Source of the DNA: Eledone cirrhosa
Taxonomy: Eukaryota
DNA: 64,000 bases
Reading direction: 5' to 3'
Assembly: GCA_964016885.1 (NCBI GenBank)
Contig: OZ024763.1
Coordinates: forward strand, 18,910,001-18,974,000
A program made the position numbers and the translations under genes. This document shows positions 12,501 to 25,794 of the stretch, piece by piece. The notes under the pieces were generated by a model. The model was not told the DNA's origin and ran no database searches. It saw only the letters and a list, made by a program, of their open reading frames with translations. Position 1 is the first letter of the stretch. Each line of letters opens with the position of its first letter.

Positions 12501-15110
12501 GTGGTGGTGACGGTTGTGAGAGTGGTGGTGGTGGTGACGGTTGTGAGAGTGGTGGTGGTGGTGACGGTTCTGAGAGTGGTGGTGGTGGTGACAGTTGTGA
12601 GAGTGGTGGTGGTGGTGACAGTTGTGAGAGTGGTGGTGGTGACGGTTGTGAGAGTGGTGGTGGTGGTGGTGGCGGTTGTGAGAGTGGTGGTGGTGGTGGT
12701 GACGGTTGTGAGAGTGATGGTGGTGGTGGTGACAGTTGTGAGAGTGGTGGTGGTGGTGGTGGTGACAGTTGTGAGAGTGGTGGTGGTGGTGACAGTTGTG
12801 AGAGTGATGGTGGTGGTGGTGACGGTTGTGAGAGTGGTGGTGGTGGTGGTGGTGACAGTTGTGAGAGTGGTGGTGGTGGTGGTGGTGACAGTTGTGAGAG
12901 TGGTGGTGGTGGTGGTGACGGTTGTGAGAGTGGTGGTGGTGGTGGTGGTGACAGTTGTGAGAGTGGTGGTGGTGGTGGTGACGGTTGTGAGAGTGGTGGT
13001 GGTGGTGGTGACGGTTGTGAGAGTGGTGGTGGTGGTGGTGACGGTTGTGAGAGTGGTGGTGGTGGTGGTGGCGGTTGTGAGAGTGGTGGTGGTGGTGACA
13101 GTTGTGAGAGTGGTGGTGGTGGTGGTGACAGTTGTGAGAGTGGTGGTGACAGTTGTGAGAGTGGTGGTGGTGGTGGTGACAGTTGTGAGAGTGGTGGTGG
13201 TGGTGGTGACGGTTGTGAGAGTGGTGGTGGTGGTGACAGTTGTGAGAGTGGTGGTGGTGACGGTTGTGAGAGTGGTGGTGGTGGTGGTGGCGGTTGTGAG
13301 AGTGGTGGTGGTGACGGTTGTGAGAGTGGTGGTGGTGACGGTTGTGAGAGTGGTGGTGGTGGTGACGGTTGTGAGAGTGGTGGTGACGGTTGTGAGAGTG
13401 GTGGTGGTGGTGTGGGGGGGGGGGTGACGGTTGTGAGAGTGGTGGTGGTGGTGACAGTTGTGAGAGTGGTGGTGGTGGTGGTGACAGTTGTGAGAGTGAT
13501 GGTGGTGGTGGTGACAGTTGTGAGAGTGGTGGGGCTGGTTGTGACGGTTGTGAGAGTGGTGGTGGTGGTGGTGGTGACAGTTGTGAGAGTGGTGGTGGTG
13601 GTGACAGTTGTGAGAGTGGTGGTGGTGGTGGTGGTGACAGTTGTGAGAGTGGTGGTGGTGGTGGTGGTGACAGTTGTGAGTGGTGGTGGTGGTGGTGGTG
13701 ACGGTTGTGAGAGTGGTGGTGGTGGTGGTGGCGGTTGTGAGAGTGGTGGTGGTGGCGGTTGTGAGAGTGGTGGTGGTGGTGACGGTTGTGAGAGTGGTGG
13801 TGGTGGTGACGGTTGTGAGAGTGATGGTGGTGGTGGTGACAGTTGTGAGAGTGGTGGGGCTGGTGGTGACGGTTGTGAGAGTGGTGGTGACAGTTGTGAG
13901 AGTGGTGGTGGTGGTGACAGTTGTGAGAGTGGTGGTGGTGGTGGTGGTGACAGTTGTGAGAGTGGTGGTGGTGGTGGTGGTGGTGACGGTTGTGAGGGTG
14001 GTGGTGGTGGTGACAGTTGTGAGAGTGGTGGTGGTGGTGGTGACGGTTGTGAGAGTGGTGGTGGTGGTGACGGTTGTGAGAGTGGTGGTGGTGGCGGTTG
14101 TGAGAGTGGTGGTGGTGGTGACGATTGTGAGAGTGGTGGTGATGGTGACGGTTGTGAGAGTGGTGGTGGTGGTGACAGTTGTGAGAGTGGTGCTGACAGT
14201 TGTGAGAGTGGTGGTGGTGGTGGCGGTTGTGAGAGTGGTGGTGGTGACGGTTGTGAGAGTGGTGGTGGTGGTGGTGGTGACAGTTGTGAGAGTGGTGGTG
14301 GTGGTGGTGACGGTTGTGAGAGTGGTGGTGGTGGTGACGGTTGTGAGAGTGGTGGTGGTGGCGGTTGTGAGAGTGGTGGTGGTGGTGACGATTGTGAGAG
14401 TGGTGGTGATGGTGACGGTTGTGAGAGTGGTGGTGGTGGTGACAGTTGTGAGAGTGGTGCTGACAGTTGTGCGAGTGGTGGTGGTGGTGGCGGTTGTGAG
14501 AATGGTGGTGGTGGTGACGGTTGTGAGAGTGGTGGTGGTGGTGGTGACAGTTGTGAGAGTGGTGGTGGTGGTGGTGGCGGTTGTGAGAGTGGTGGTGATG
14601 GTGACGATTGTGAGAGTGGTGGTGATGGTGACGATTGTGAGAGTGGTGGTGGTGGTGGTGAGAGTTGTGAGAGTGGTGGTGGTGGTGGCGGTTGTGAGAG
14701 TGGTGATGGTGGTGGCGGTTGTGAGAGTGGTGGTGGTGGTGGTGACGGTTGTGAGAGTGGTGGTGGTGGTGGTGACAGTTGTGAGAGTGGTGGTGGTGGT
14801 GGTGGCGGTTGTGAGAGTGGTGGTGGTGGTGGTGACAGTTGTGAGAGTGGTGCTGGTGACGGTTGTGAGAGTGGTGGTGGTGACAGTTGTGAGAGTGGTG
14901 GTGGTGGTGGTGGCGGTTGTGAGAGTGGTGGTGGTGGTGACAGTTGTGAGAGTGGTGGTGGTGACTGTTGTGAGAGTGGTGGTGGTGGTGACAGTTGTGA
15001 GAGTGGTGGTGGTGGTGACGGTTGTGAGAGTGGTGGTGATGGTGGTGACAGTTGTGAGAGTGGTGGTGGTGGTGACAGTTGTGAGAGTGGTGGTGGTGGT
15101 GTTGGTGGAG
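6530..15110. repeat. 8.6-kb minisatellite, unit gacRgttgtgagagt(ggt)n, with higher-order duplications
   Basis: 15-nt core plus variable GGT run repeated several hundred times; produces the GGGGDGCES / poly-Val pseudo-ORFs. Confidence 0.97.
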
Positions 15111-15244
15111 GTTGACCAGATGAAAAAGAAGTGTCGCTTTACTGGTTGCTAGGCGCCGTTACGGTGTGTGGCAATAACTGATCTCCGTACTTGACTGACT
15201 TGTTGTGATGGGAATATTGGATGGGATAAAACACCAACAATAAA

Positions 15245-16169
15245 GATAGACTGACAGACAGACAGATGGAGAGAGAGATAGAGAGACAGACGGATGGAGA
15301 GAGAGACAGACAGAGAGACAGACAGACAGAGAGACAGGCAGATGGACAGAGAGACAGAGAGACAGACGGATGGAGAGAGAGACAGAGAGACAGACAGATG
15401 GAAAGAGAGACAGACAGATGGAGAGAGAGACAGACAGATGGACAGAGAGACAGATAGATGGACAGAGAGACAGAGAGACAGAGAGACAGACAGATGGAGA
15501 GAGAGACAGACAGATGGACAGATAGACAGAGAGACAGACAGATGGACAGAGAGATAGACAGATGGAGAGAGAGAGACAGAGAGACAGACAGATGGACAGA
15601 GAGACAGAGAGACAGACAGATGGAGAGAGAGAGACAGAGAGACAGACTGATGGAGAGAGAGACAGAGAGACAGACAGATGGACAGAGAGACAGAGAGACA
15701 GACAGATGGAGAGAGAGACAGAGAGACAGACAGATGGAGAGAGAGACAGAGAGACAGACGGATGGACAGAGAGACAGAGAGACAGAGAGACAGAGAGACA
15801 GACAGACGGACAGAGAGACAGAGAGACAGAGAGACAGACAGATGGAGAGAGAGACAGAGAGACAGACGGATGGACAGAGAGACAGAGAGACAGAGAGACA
15901 GACAGATGGACAGAGAGATAGAGAGACAGACAGATGGAGAGAGAGAGAGACAGACGGATGGAGAGAGAGACAGACAGAGAGACAGACAGACAGAGAGACA
16001 GACAGACAGAGAGACAGACAGAGAGACAGACAGAGAGACAGACAGACAGACAGACAGAGTCAGACAGATGGACAGAGAGACAGAGAGACAGACAGATGGA
16101 CAGAGAGACAGACAGATGGACAGAGAGACAGAGAGACAGACAGATGGAGAGAGAGACAGATGGAGAGGG

Positions 16170-16220
<51 letters not shown>

Positions 16221-16770
16221 GAGTCAGACAGATGGACAGAGAGACAGAGAGACAGACAGATGGACAGAGAGACAGAGAGACAGACGGATGGACAGAGAGA
16301 CAGAGAGACAGACAGATGGAGAGACAGACAGATTGACAGAGAGACAGACAGATGGACAGAGAGACAGAGAGATGGACAGAGAGACAGACAGATGGAGAGA
16401 GAGACAGATGGACAGAGAGACAGACAGATGGACAGAGAGACAGAGAGACAGACGGATGGACAGATGGACAGAGAGACAGATGGACAGAGAGACAGATGGA
16501 CAGAGAGACAGAGAGACAGAGAGACAGACAGATGGAGAGAGAGACAGACAGATGGACAGAGAGACAGAGAGACAGACGGATGGACAGATGGACAGAGAGA
16601 CAGATGGACAGAGAGACAGATGGACAGAGAGACAGAGAGACAGAGAGACAGACAGATGGAGAGAGAGACAGACAGAGAGACAGATGGAGAGAGAGACAGA
16701 GAGACAGACAGATGGACAGAGAGATAGACAGGCGGACGGATAGAGGGATGGACAGAGAGACAGACGGAAG
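15245..16770. repeat. Compound (GACA)/(GA)/(GATG) microsatellite
   Basis: Direct inspection. Confidence 0.95.
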
Positions 16771-16842
16771 AACAGACGAAAACACACGGACTTGGGGCTT
16801 CTCTATCCCTGTCTCTAGTTTTAGATTATATATATATATATA

Positions 16843-17103
16843 TAGGAAAAAGTATGACCCCGACGGCAGAGCTCAAGCCGTTTAGACGGCTATTTCTGGA
16901 CTAAATTAGAATGTTTAGCCTGGTGAAATATATATATATTATAGGAAAATCCCCGGCCGTTTCGACAGCTAGATCGAGCTGTCGAAACGGCTGGGGCTCA
17001 GCCGTCGGGGTCCTCACTCTTTTCCTATTACCCACTCTACTACCCTAAGTATCGAGTACTCTGGTGCGTTATGGTCCACCTGGTTCCTTACCACACTTCC
17101 TTC
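16843..17103. mobile_element. Family B fold-back element pieces (3' half of a hammerhead plus 3' tail)
   Basis: Minus fragment 16843-16910; hairpin 16951-16996 continuing into tail ttcctattacccactctactacc..ccttaccacacttccttc shared with the 31474, 31697 and 52560 copies. Confidence 0.75.
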
Positions 17104-17518
17104 ATTGCTGTAGTGGAGTCTGTGCTGCTGTACGGGTCTGAGACTTGGACACTGACCAAGGAACTCACACAGATGGTGGATGGGTGCTACACGAGAATGC
17201 TGTGGATGGCTCTGAACATTAATCAGTATACACTGAGGATGAAAAGCTCAGAGCTGTATGGGAGCCTCGCGAGTAGCACAGAGGAGACTGAGGTTAGCTG
17301 GACATGCTCACCGACATCCAGAGTTGACACTACACTCAGTGCTCCTGTGGGAGCCCCTACATGGACACACTAGAAGAGAAAGGCCGAGGTTAACGTATAT
17401 TGATGCTCTAAGGACAGACACTGGTCTTTTGGAGACGCAGGACATGACAGCGATAATGAGGGACAGAGACCGTGGAGAGAACTCGTCCATAAACCTCAGG
17501 AATTTTACCCGCCCTAGA
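17100..17518 (+). mobile_element. 3' fragment of RTE/RTEX-like LINE ORF
   Basis: VESVLLYGSETWTLT..DGCYTRML..ALN then RRLRLAGH..RHPE..VLLWEP.HG..RERPRLTYID; frameshifted. Confidence 0.85.
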
Positions 17519-17664
17519 TATATATATATATATATATATATACGATATTAATAAATGGAAACTATATTTATAAAACCATATTTATTTCATTATACATATT
17601 TCAGGGATACCACATTAAATTATGGTATGCCTTTGTAGTAGTAGTGGTAGTAGTAATAGATATA

Positions 17665-17935
17665 ATTTGATTTTAATTTCATATCCACTAAAAGGTTCTG
17701 TCGAGCTGTGGATTACAGAGTCAGGCTAGATCGATACAGATCGAACTTTGAGCTGATCGGTGGCGAAACACGCGTCACCAACCAATAAACGTAATGAAGG
17801 AGTAACCACTCGCCCTTGTTTTATTTTATTATGCTGAGGTTAACTTTGCCTTTCATCCTTACGGGGTCGATAAAATAAAGTACCAGTAATGCACTGGGAT
17901 AATTGCTGGCCTTGTGCCAAAATTAGAAACAATTA
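17665..17935 (+). mobile_element. Composite element: family K segment fused to 3' half of the major SINE
   Basis: Homologous to 31930-32185 including the junction ttat-gcYgaggtt. Confidence 0.6.
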
Positions 17936-18107
17936 TATAGTAGCAGCAGTAGTAGTAGTAGTAGATATAGTAGTAGTAGCAGCAGCAGCAGCAACATTCC
18001 TTTTGTTTTCAGTTGTGTGGCACCAATGTGAGCGACTAAACCAGGAAGATAGGATACAAAGATAATGAGAGAGATAGAAGGGTGGAGTGATGATAGAGAG
18101 AGAGAGG

Positions 18108-18154
<47 letters not shown>

Positions 18155-18155
18155 G

Positions 18156-18206
<51 letters not shown>

Positions 18207-18773
18207 AGTACAGCCTGTCTGATGGTCGGGTCGTTGGCGACTAAACTGGCAACCCCACCAAGGTTTCTTGGTGAGGAGAGTGACTTTGGACATCCTGCAG
18301 GACTAAAAACAAAACCTGTCAAAGGGCAAAGGAGCTCTTAAGAGTCAATGACCATCCAAAATCACCGGGAGAGATGACCCCTTAGCCTTTGTCAAGGCAG
18401 AATTCTAGGAGAAGGAAAACTCTGATATAACACCTGCAACTCTCATGGTATCCAATGATGTTGACTTGTTCTTCTTTTTGGTAAATATCATCTTGGTTAA
18501 GAGAGTGGGACTGGCTTTGTGCAGTGCCTTTGCTCACTATAAAAGCTTCACGGCACAGGCATTGCTTTATATCTGGAGATCTCTCTGCACTTGTCGTCAC
18601 ATGGTACCATGGGCCCAGCACTATGTGTCAATAATTGTCACAAGTGTAGTGTTTGTACCAGAGTTTTCAAGTCGCTGGCTGGACTAAAAAGTCACACTCG
18701 TTCAGCACATCGGTAGGGGTTCTCCTACATGGATATAAAGTAGTGGCCGTACTCGAAAATGAGTTGGCAGCCA

Positions 18774-18846
<73 letters not shown>

Positions 18847-19264
18847 CACATATATATAGATAGCTCCAGAGATAGAAGGGAGGAGTGGAGGGGGAGAGAG
18901 ATGGGGAGGATAGATATCTTTCTTTATTTGCCACAGGGGCGTAGAAAAATTGGACATTACAAGACGTGAGGGCGGGGGTTTAACATTAATAAAGAACAAT
19001 AAACTATATATAATAAAATAACAATTGAAATCCCAGTAGGGGGGGGGGGGGGACGTTACTGCAGGGTTGTTTTACACCCCGTGGATAGAACAACCCTCAA
19101 CACCAGAGGATAGATAGACAGACAGACAGATATGTTTCTTTATTAGCCACAGGGGCACAAAAGAAGGGGACAAATACAAAAGGGGAAGTTTACATACAAT
19201 AAATAGATAGACGAATGACATTGCTGATAACACGAAAGAAACCGGATAGTGTAAAATATTAAAA

Positions 19265-20605
19265 ATATGTCTGTGTGTGTATGTGCATGTATGTGTGTGT
19301 GTCTGTGTGTGTGTATGTGTGTGTGTGTGTCTGTGTGTCTGTGTATGTATGTATGTATGTATGTGTCTGTGTGTATGTGTGTGTGTGTGTGTATGTATGT
19401 GTGTGTATGTATGTGTGTATGTATGTGTCTGTGTGTGTGTGTATGTATGTGTGTCTGTGTGTGTATGTGTGTGTATGTGTGTATGTATGTGTGTATGTCT
19501 GTGTGTATGTCTGTGTGTCTGTATGTGTGTGTATGTATGTGTGTGTATGTGTGTGTGTGTCTGTGTGTGTGTGTGTATGTATGTGTGTGTATGTGTGTAT
19601 GTCTGTGTGTCTGTGTGTGTCATCCTTACGGGGTCGATAAAATAAAGTACCAGTAATGCACTGGGATATTTGCTGGCCTTGTGCCAAAAGTAGAAACAAT
19701 TATTAAAAATAGCACACACACAGACAGGCACAGACACACACAGACACACACACACAGATAGGCACAGACACAGACACACAGACACACACAGACACAGACA
19801 GGCACACACACACAGACACACACACAGACACAGACAGGCACACACACACAGACACAGACAGGCACACACACACAGACACAGACAGGCACACACACACAGA
19901 CACACACACAGACACAGACAGGCACACACACACAGACACAGACAGGCACACACACACACACACACACACAGACGCAGACAGGCACACACACACACAGACA
20001 CAGACAGGCACACACACACAGACACAGACAGGCACACACACACAGACACACACACAGACAGGCACACACACACACAGACACACACACAGACACAGACAGG
20101 CACACACACACACAGACACACACACAGACACAGACAGGCACACACACACAGACACATACAGGCACACACAGACACACACACAGACACACATACAGACAGG
20201 CACACACACACAGACACACACACAGACACACACACACACACACACAGACACACACAGACACACACACACAGAGACACATACACAGACACACACACACAGA
20301 GACACACACACACACACAGACACACACACAGACACACACACAGACACACACAGACACACACACGCAGACACACGCAGACACACATACATACACACACATA
20401 CGCATACACAGACACACACAGACACACACACACGCAGACACATAGACACACACAGACACACACACACACATACACACACACAGACACACACACACATACA
20501 CACACAGACACAGACACACACACACACACACACACACAGACACACATACCCACACAGACGCACACAGACATACGCACACACACACAAACACAGACACACA
20601 CACAT
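19265..20605. repeat. TG-rich then CA-rich compound microsatellites flanking a SINE 3' fragment (19621-19705)
   Basis: Direct inspection. Confidence 0.9.
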
Positions 20606-20724
20606 CTCCCCTTCGCGCCCACCCAATTAATTAAAATTCAAACAAGTTGACTCCACAATAAAATTAAGATTAGTTATGAGAAAGAGAGGAAGAATTGACC
20701 TCAGTACATGACTGGTATTATATT

Positions 20725-21590
20725 TTATCGATAAATAAAGTATCAGTCATTGGGACAGTGTGATCAATAAATAAAGTGTCAGTCTAATATGGAGACAGTG
20801 AGATCGATAAATAAAGTATCAGTCTAATATTGAGACAGTGTGATCGATAAAGTATCAGTGTAATATTGAGGCAGTGTGATCGATAAATAAAGTATCAGTC
20901 TAATATTGAGACAGTGTGATCGATAAAGTCCCAGTCTAATATTGAGACAGTGAGATTGATAAATAAAGTGTCAGTCTACTTTTGAGACAGTGAGATCGAT
21001 AAAGTGTCAGTCTAGTATTGGGACAGTGTGATCGATAAATAAAGTGTCAGTCTAGTATCGGGACAGTGTGATCGATAAAGTGTCAGTCTAGTATTGGGAC
21101 AGTGTGATCGATAAATAAAGTGTCAGTCTAGTATCGGGACAGTGTGATCGATAAAGTGTCAGTCTAATATTGAGGCAGTGTGATCGATAAAGTGTCAGTC
21201 TAATATTGAGACAGTGTGATCAATAAATAAAGTGTCAGTCTAATATTGAGACAGTGAGATCGATAAATAAAGTGTTAGTCTAGTATTGGGACAGAGAGAT
21301 CGATAGTGTCAGTCTAATATTGAGACAGTGTGATCGATAAATAAAGTCCCAGTCTAATATCGAGACAGTGTGATCGATAAAGTGTCAGTCTAATATTGAG
21401 GCAGTGTGATCGATAAAGTGTCAGCCTAATATTGAGACAGTGTGATCAATAAATAAAGTGTCAGTCTAATATTGAGACAGTGAGATCGATAAATAAAGTG
21501 TTAGTCTAATATTGAGACAGTGAGATCGATAAAGCCCCAGTCTAGTATTGGGACAGAGAGATCGATAAATAAACTCCCAGTCTATTGGGG
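20725..21590 (+). repeat. 36/40-bp minisatellite derived from a SINE internal segment
   Basis: Unit gatcgataa(ataa)agtgtcagtctaatattgagacagtgt resembles SINE tcgataaaataaagtaccagt..ctggg; about 22 copies. Confidence 0.85.
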
Positions 21591-22316
21591 TAGATTCTTC
21601 CTCTTCATATCCCTCCCTCCTCTCTATCTGTGGAGAGGGATCAGACTTGGAGGTTAGGGCTGGGATAAGGGAAGGGGGAGGGGGCTCTAATATGTTTAAA
21701 TGTCAAACGTACTGTTTGTTGGTGTGTGTGTGTATATATATATGTATGTGTGTGTGTATATATATGTATGTGTGCATGTATGTGTGTGTGTATATATGTA
21801 TGTGTGCATATGTATATATGTATGTGTGTATGTGTATGTGTGTGTGTGTATGTGTGTGTATATATGTGTGTATATGTATGTGTGTATGTATATATGTATA
21901 TATGTGTATATGTATGTGTGTATATATGTATGTGTGCATATGTATATATGTATGTGTGCATATGTATATATGTATGTGTGTATGTGTGTATATGTATGTG
22001 TGTATGTATATGTGTATATGTATATATGTATATATGTATATATGTATGTATATGTATGTGTGTATATGTATATATGTATGTGTGTATATGTATGTGTGTA
22101 TATGTATATTTGTATATATGCATATATATACATATAAAAATAAACAGGTACTTAAGTATGTGTGTATATATATACATATACATACAGAGAGAGAGAGAGA
22201 GAGAGAGAGAACAACAACAACAACTGCTTCGTGTCGGCTAAAATGTTTATGTAAATATCTGCTTGTTTGTTTGTTTGTTGAACATGTTTTCAACTGGAAC
22301 AAACAAGTTTTAGTCC

Positions 22317-22335
22317 GCAGCGCCATCTGCCGGCA
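22317..22335 (-). promoter_or_regulatory. Candidate CTCF binding site
   Basis: Minus strand TGCCGGCAGATGGCGCTGC fits the CTCF core motif; lies in a unique island; motif match only. Confidence 0.45.
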
Positions 22336-22789
22336 ATTGTAAGTTACGTGTGAAACATGTCATTATGTGATCTCCAAATCACCCCCTCCACACGGGCCAT
22401 CCACCTCCAGACAGACTGACCAATCAAATCACTGAATTACAAGCCAGTGGGGCACAGATCCGTGACTCGTAAAATGTCTTGTATGCTATTGAAATCCATG
22501 GGAAATTATCGTGGGACTCTCTACGCGGTTCGCTAGACGTGCTAGAAACGGCAGCCACCCACCCTCATCCAAGTCACACAACTACTGTATTTTAAGCCTT
22601 TTAATTGCAAAACCTCTTCTGGTTCTACGAATTAATAAAACTTTGGGGTTTAAAGTGTTTGTATTTATCTAAAAGCAGCAAATCGGTAGAGTCGTTAGAG
22701 CAGTCACGGGCAAGCTGCGGCCCGCGGAGTTTTCTCAATGGCTCGCCTAATTACCTAAATGAAATCCTTCTGAAGTTTGGCTTTTACGT

Positions 22790-22935
22790 CTACCTCCCTT
22801 CTGATTAATGAATGCTGAAACTAGCACATTACTCTACCATCCCCTGCAATTCTAGCACTTAACCCAGTCTCCTGCCTTCCATCACTCCTGGACACAGCCC
22901 CGAGATACTTGAACTTCTCTACCTGTTTCAGTGTA
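22790..22935 (-). mobile_element. RTE RT internal fragment
   Basis: Minus strand TLKQVEKFKYLGAVSRSDGRQ..ARI (RT F.YLG motif region). Confidence 0.7.
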
Positions 22936-23029
22936 AATCTTGTCCTAGCTAATTACCATAGCTAGGACAAGACGTAGGTACAGTTGTGATATCGTATCAT
23001 ACGTGTTGTTACTAATAATTGTTTCTACT

Positions 23030-23360
23030 AATAATTGTTTCTACTTTTTGGCACAAGGCCGGCAATTATCCCAGTGAAATTACGAGTACTTTATTTTATC
23101 GACCCCACCCCGTGAGGATGAAAGGCAAAGTTAACCTCGGCGGGATTTGAACTCGGATCATAAAGGGCCGTAACTCTTTGCTGCAAAGCATGGCGTCCGA
23201 GCCTCTACCGATACTGCCAATCCACCGCCCTCAAAAAAATGTTCTTCCCTGGAGAATCCGGGCAGGGAAGAACATTTTTTGAGGGCGGTGGATTGGCAGT
23301 ATCGGTAGAGAGTCGGACGCCATGCTTTGCAGCATGCTTTATGGTCTGAGTTCAAATATG
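23030..23360. mobile_element. Head-to-head inverted pair of the major tRNA-derived SINE including duplicated 5' flank
   Basis: Full minus copy 23030-23230; about 23180-23251 is the reverse complement of 23263-23334 around loop gagaatccggg. Confidence 0.85.
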
Positions 23361-23440
23361 TTTATGAAACTGTCAGTATTTAAAATGTATCAGTAGTGCA
23401 AGTTATTAAAATATAAGCAAGTTATTAAAATATATATATG

Positions 23441-23630
23441 TGGTGGATTGGCAGTATCGGTAGAGGGTCGGACGCCATGCTTTCCAGCATAGTTACGTCC
23501 CTTTACGATCTGAGTTCAAATCCCACCGAGGTTGACTTTGCCTTTCATCCTTACGGGGTCGATAAAATAAAGTACCAGTAATGCACTGGGTAATTTGCTG
23601 GCCTTGTGCCTAAAGTAGAAACAGTTATTA
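23441..23630 (+). mobile_element. Major tRNA-derived SINE (~190 bp), full copy
   Basis: A-box-like tggcagtatcgg, B-box gagttcaaatc, body ctttgcctttcatccttacggggtcgataaaataaagtaccag; about 15 full or partial copies in window. Confidence 0.9.
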
Positions 23631-23769
23631 AAATATAAACCTATATAAGACCCTTACTGTTCCAATGAGTTCACAAACACTCAGCAAACACTCTAAAGTG
23701 TAAGGCCTAAACTGAACGCTAACCTGTACTCAGGACTCCTGCCAAACCAAACCGTACTCCAAATTGTTG

Positions 23770-25003
23770 TTGTTGTTGTTGTTATAGCTGTTTAGCCCTA
23801 GGTCAGGCATAACATGATCAGAACCGTGATTGATGATCTTCTTCTTCTTCTTCTTCTTCTTCAGCCCAAGGTCAGATCTATAGTGGTCAGAACTGTGGCT
23901 GTTGTTGTTGTTTAGCCCTAGGTCAGATCTAAAGTGGTCAGAACTGTTGTTGTTTAGCCTCAGGTCAGATCTAAAGTGGTCAGAACTGTGGCTGTTGTTG
24001 TTGTTTAGCCCAAGGTCAGATCTAAAGTGGTCAGAACTGTGGCTGTTGTTGTTGTTTAGCCCAAGGTCAGATCTAAAGTGGTCAGAACTGTGGCTGTTGT
24101 TGTTGTCTAGCCCTAGGTCAGATCTAAAGTGGTCAGAACTGTGGCTGTTGTTGTTGTTTAGCCCTAGGTCAGATCTAAAGTGGTCAGAACTGTGGCTGTT
24201 GTTGTTGTTTAGCCCTAGGTCAGATCTAAAGTGGTCAGAACTGTTGTTGTTTAGCCTCAGGTCAGATCTAAAGTGGTCAGAACTGTTGTTGTTTAGCCTC
24301 AGGTCAGATCTAAAGTGGTCAGAACTGTGGCTGTTGTTGTTGTTTAGCCCAAGGTCAGATCTAAAGTGGTCAGAACTGTGGCTGTTGTTGTTGTTTAGCC
24401 TCAGGTCAGATCTAAAGTGGTCAGAACTGTGGCTGTTGTTGTTGTTTAGCCCAAGGTCAGATCTAAAGTGGTCAGAACTGTGGCTGTTGTTGTTGTTTAG
24501 CCCTAGGTCAGATCTAAAGTGGTCAGAACTGTGGCTGTTGTTGTTGTTTAGCCCTAGGTCAGATCTAAAGTGGTCAGAACTGTGGCTGTTGTTGTTGTTT
24601 AGCCCTAGGTCAGATCTAAAGTGGTCAGAACTGTGGCTGTTGTTGTTGTTTAGCCCTAGGTCAGATCTAAAGTGGTCAGAACTGTGGCTGTTGTTGTTGT
24701 TTAGCCCTAGGTCAGATCTAAAGTGGTCAGAACTGTGGCTGTTGTTGTTGTATAGCCCTAGGTCAGATCTAAAGTGGTCAGAACTGTTGTTGTTTAGCCT
24801 CAGGTCAGATCTAAAGTGGTCAGAACTGTGGCTGTTGTTGTTGTTTAGCCCTAGGTCAGATCTAAAGTGGTCAGAACTGTGGCTGTTGTTGTTGTTTAGC
24901 CCTAGGTCAGATCTAAAGTGGTCAGAACTGTGGCTGTTGTTGTTGTATAGCCCTAGGTCAGATCTAAAGTGGTCAGAACTGTTGTTGTTTAGCCTCAGGT
25001 CAG
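23770..25003. repeat. 51/42-bp minisatellite (~24 near-identical units)
   Basis: Unit (gtt)n-tagccctaggtcagatctaaagtggtcagaactgtggct; short variant lacks 9 nt and carries cctcagg. Confidence 0.95.
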
Positions 25004-25794
25004 CGATGACAGACAAGAAACCCCTCCCCCCCCCACATCATTATACCAATGAAATGAGGGCCAGGAGTTTCGTGACTATATTCTTACATACACACACACA
25101 CAAACTCTCACATACACATACGCACTCTCTCTCTCTCACACACATACATACATGTAGTCGGTCCATTATTTTTGAAAAGCAAGTGACAGGCGAAGACTGT
25201 GCGTGGTGGTGGTGGCGGTGGTGGTGGTGGCGGTGGTGGTGGTGATGGAGGTGGTGGTGGCGGTGGTGGTGATGGAGGTGGCGGTGGTAGTGATGGTGGT
25301 GGCGGTGGTGGTGGTGATGGTGGTGATGGTGAAGGAGATGGTGGTGGTGGTAGTGATGATGGTGGTAGTGGCGGTGGTGATGGTGATGGAGATGGTGATG
25401 GAGATGGTGGTGGCGGTGGGGAAAGAGTGAAGTGAGTGGGGATAGTGGTGGTAGTGGATAGAGAGAAGAGAGTAAGTGGTGGTGATGGTGGGGAGTAGTT
25501 TGACCAAACCGGGTTGGTTGGGAGGGGTTGAGGAGGTGACAGGTCAAGTGACAACATCTGCAGGTGGAAACCCTTTTAAGATAAGGTGGTGGCGGTGGTA
25601 GTGGTGGGGGTGGTGGTAGATGTTTGGGAGTGGGGTGGGGGTGGGGTAAATAAAAGAGGGGCGGAAGAGAGGGGGAATGGATGGAAGAAGGTTGAGAGAT
25701 AGAAGGAAAGAGGGGGAGGAATGACAGTGACTGATAAGACGACAGTCAGCTGTCAGTCACGTGGTGACACCTAACAACATCATCATCATCATCA

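Noticed and set aside
6300-15152. Gly/Cys-rich (GGGGDGCES)n structural protein or poly-Val ORFs
   Set aside because: Near-exclusive GGT codons, repeated 2-nt frameshifts, no signal peptide or unique termini; minisatellite translation
18205-18780. Possible RTE 5' UTR and decayed endonuclease start
   Set aside because: Resemblance too weak to support without a search
23730-25245. 428/447-aa repeat ORFs on both strands; CRISPR-like periodicity
   Set aside because: Units are 51/42 nt so frames stay open by chance; no unique spacers or cas genes; eukaryotic context
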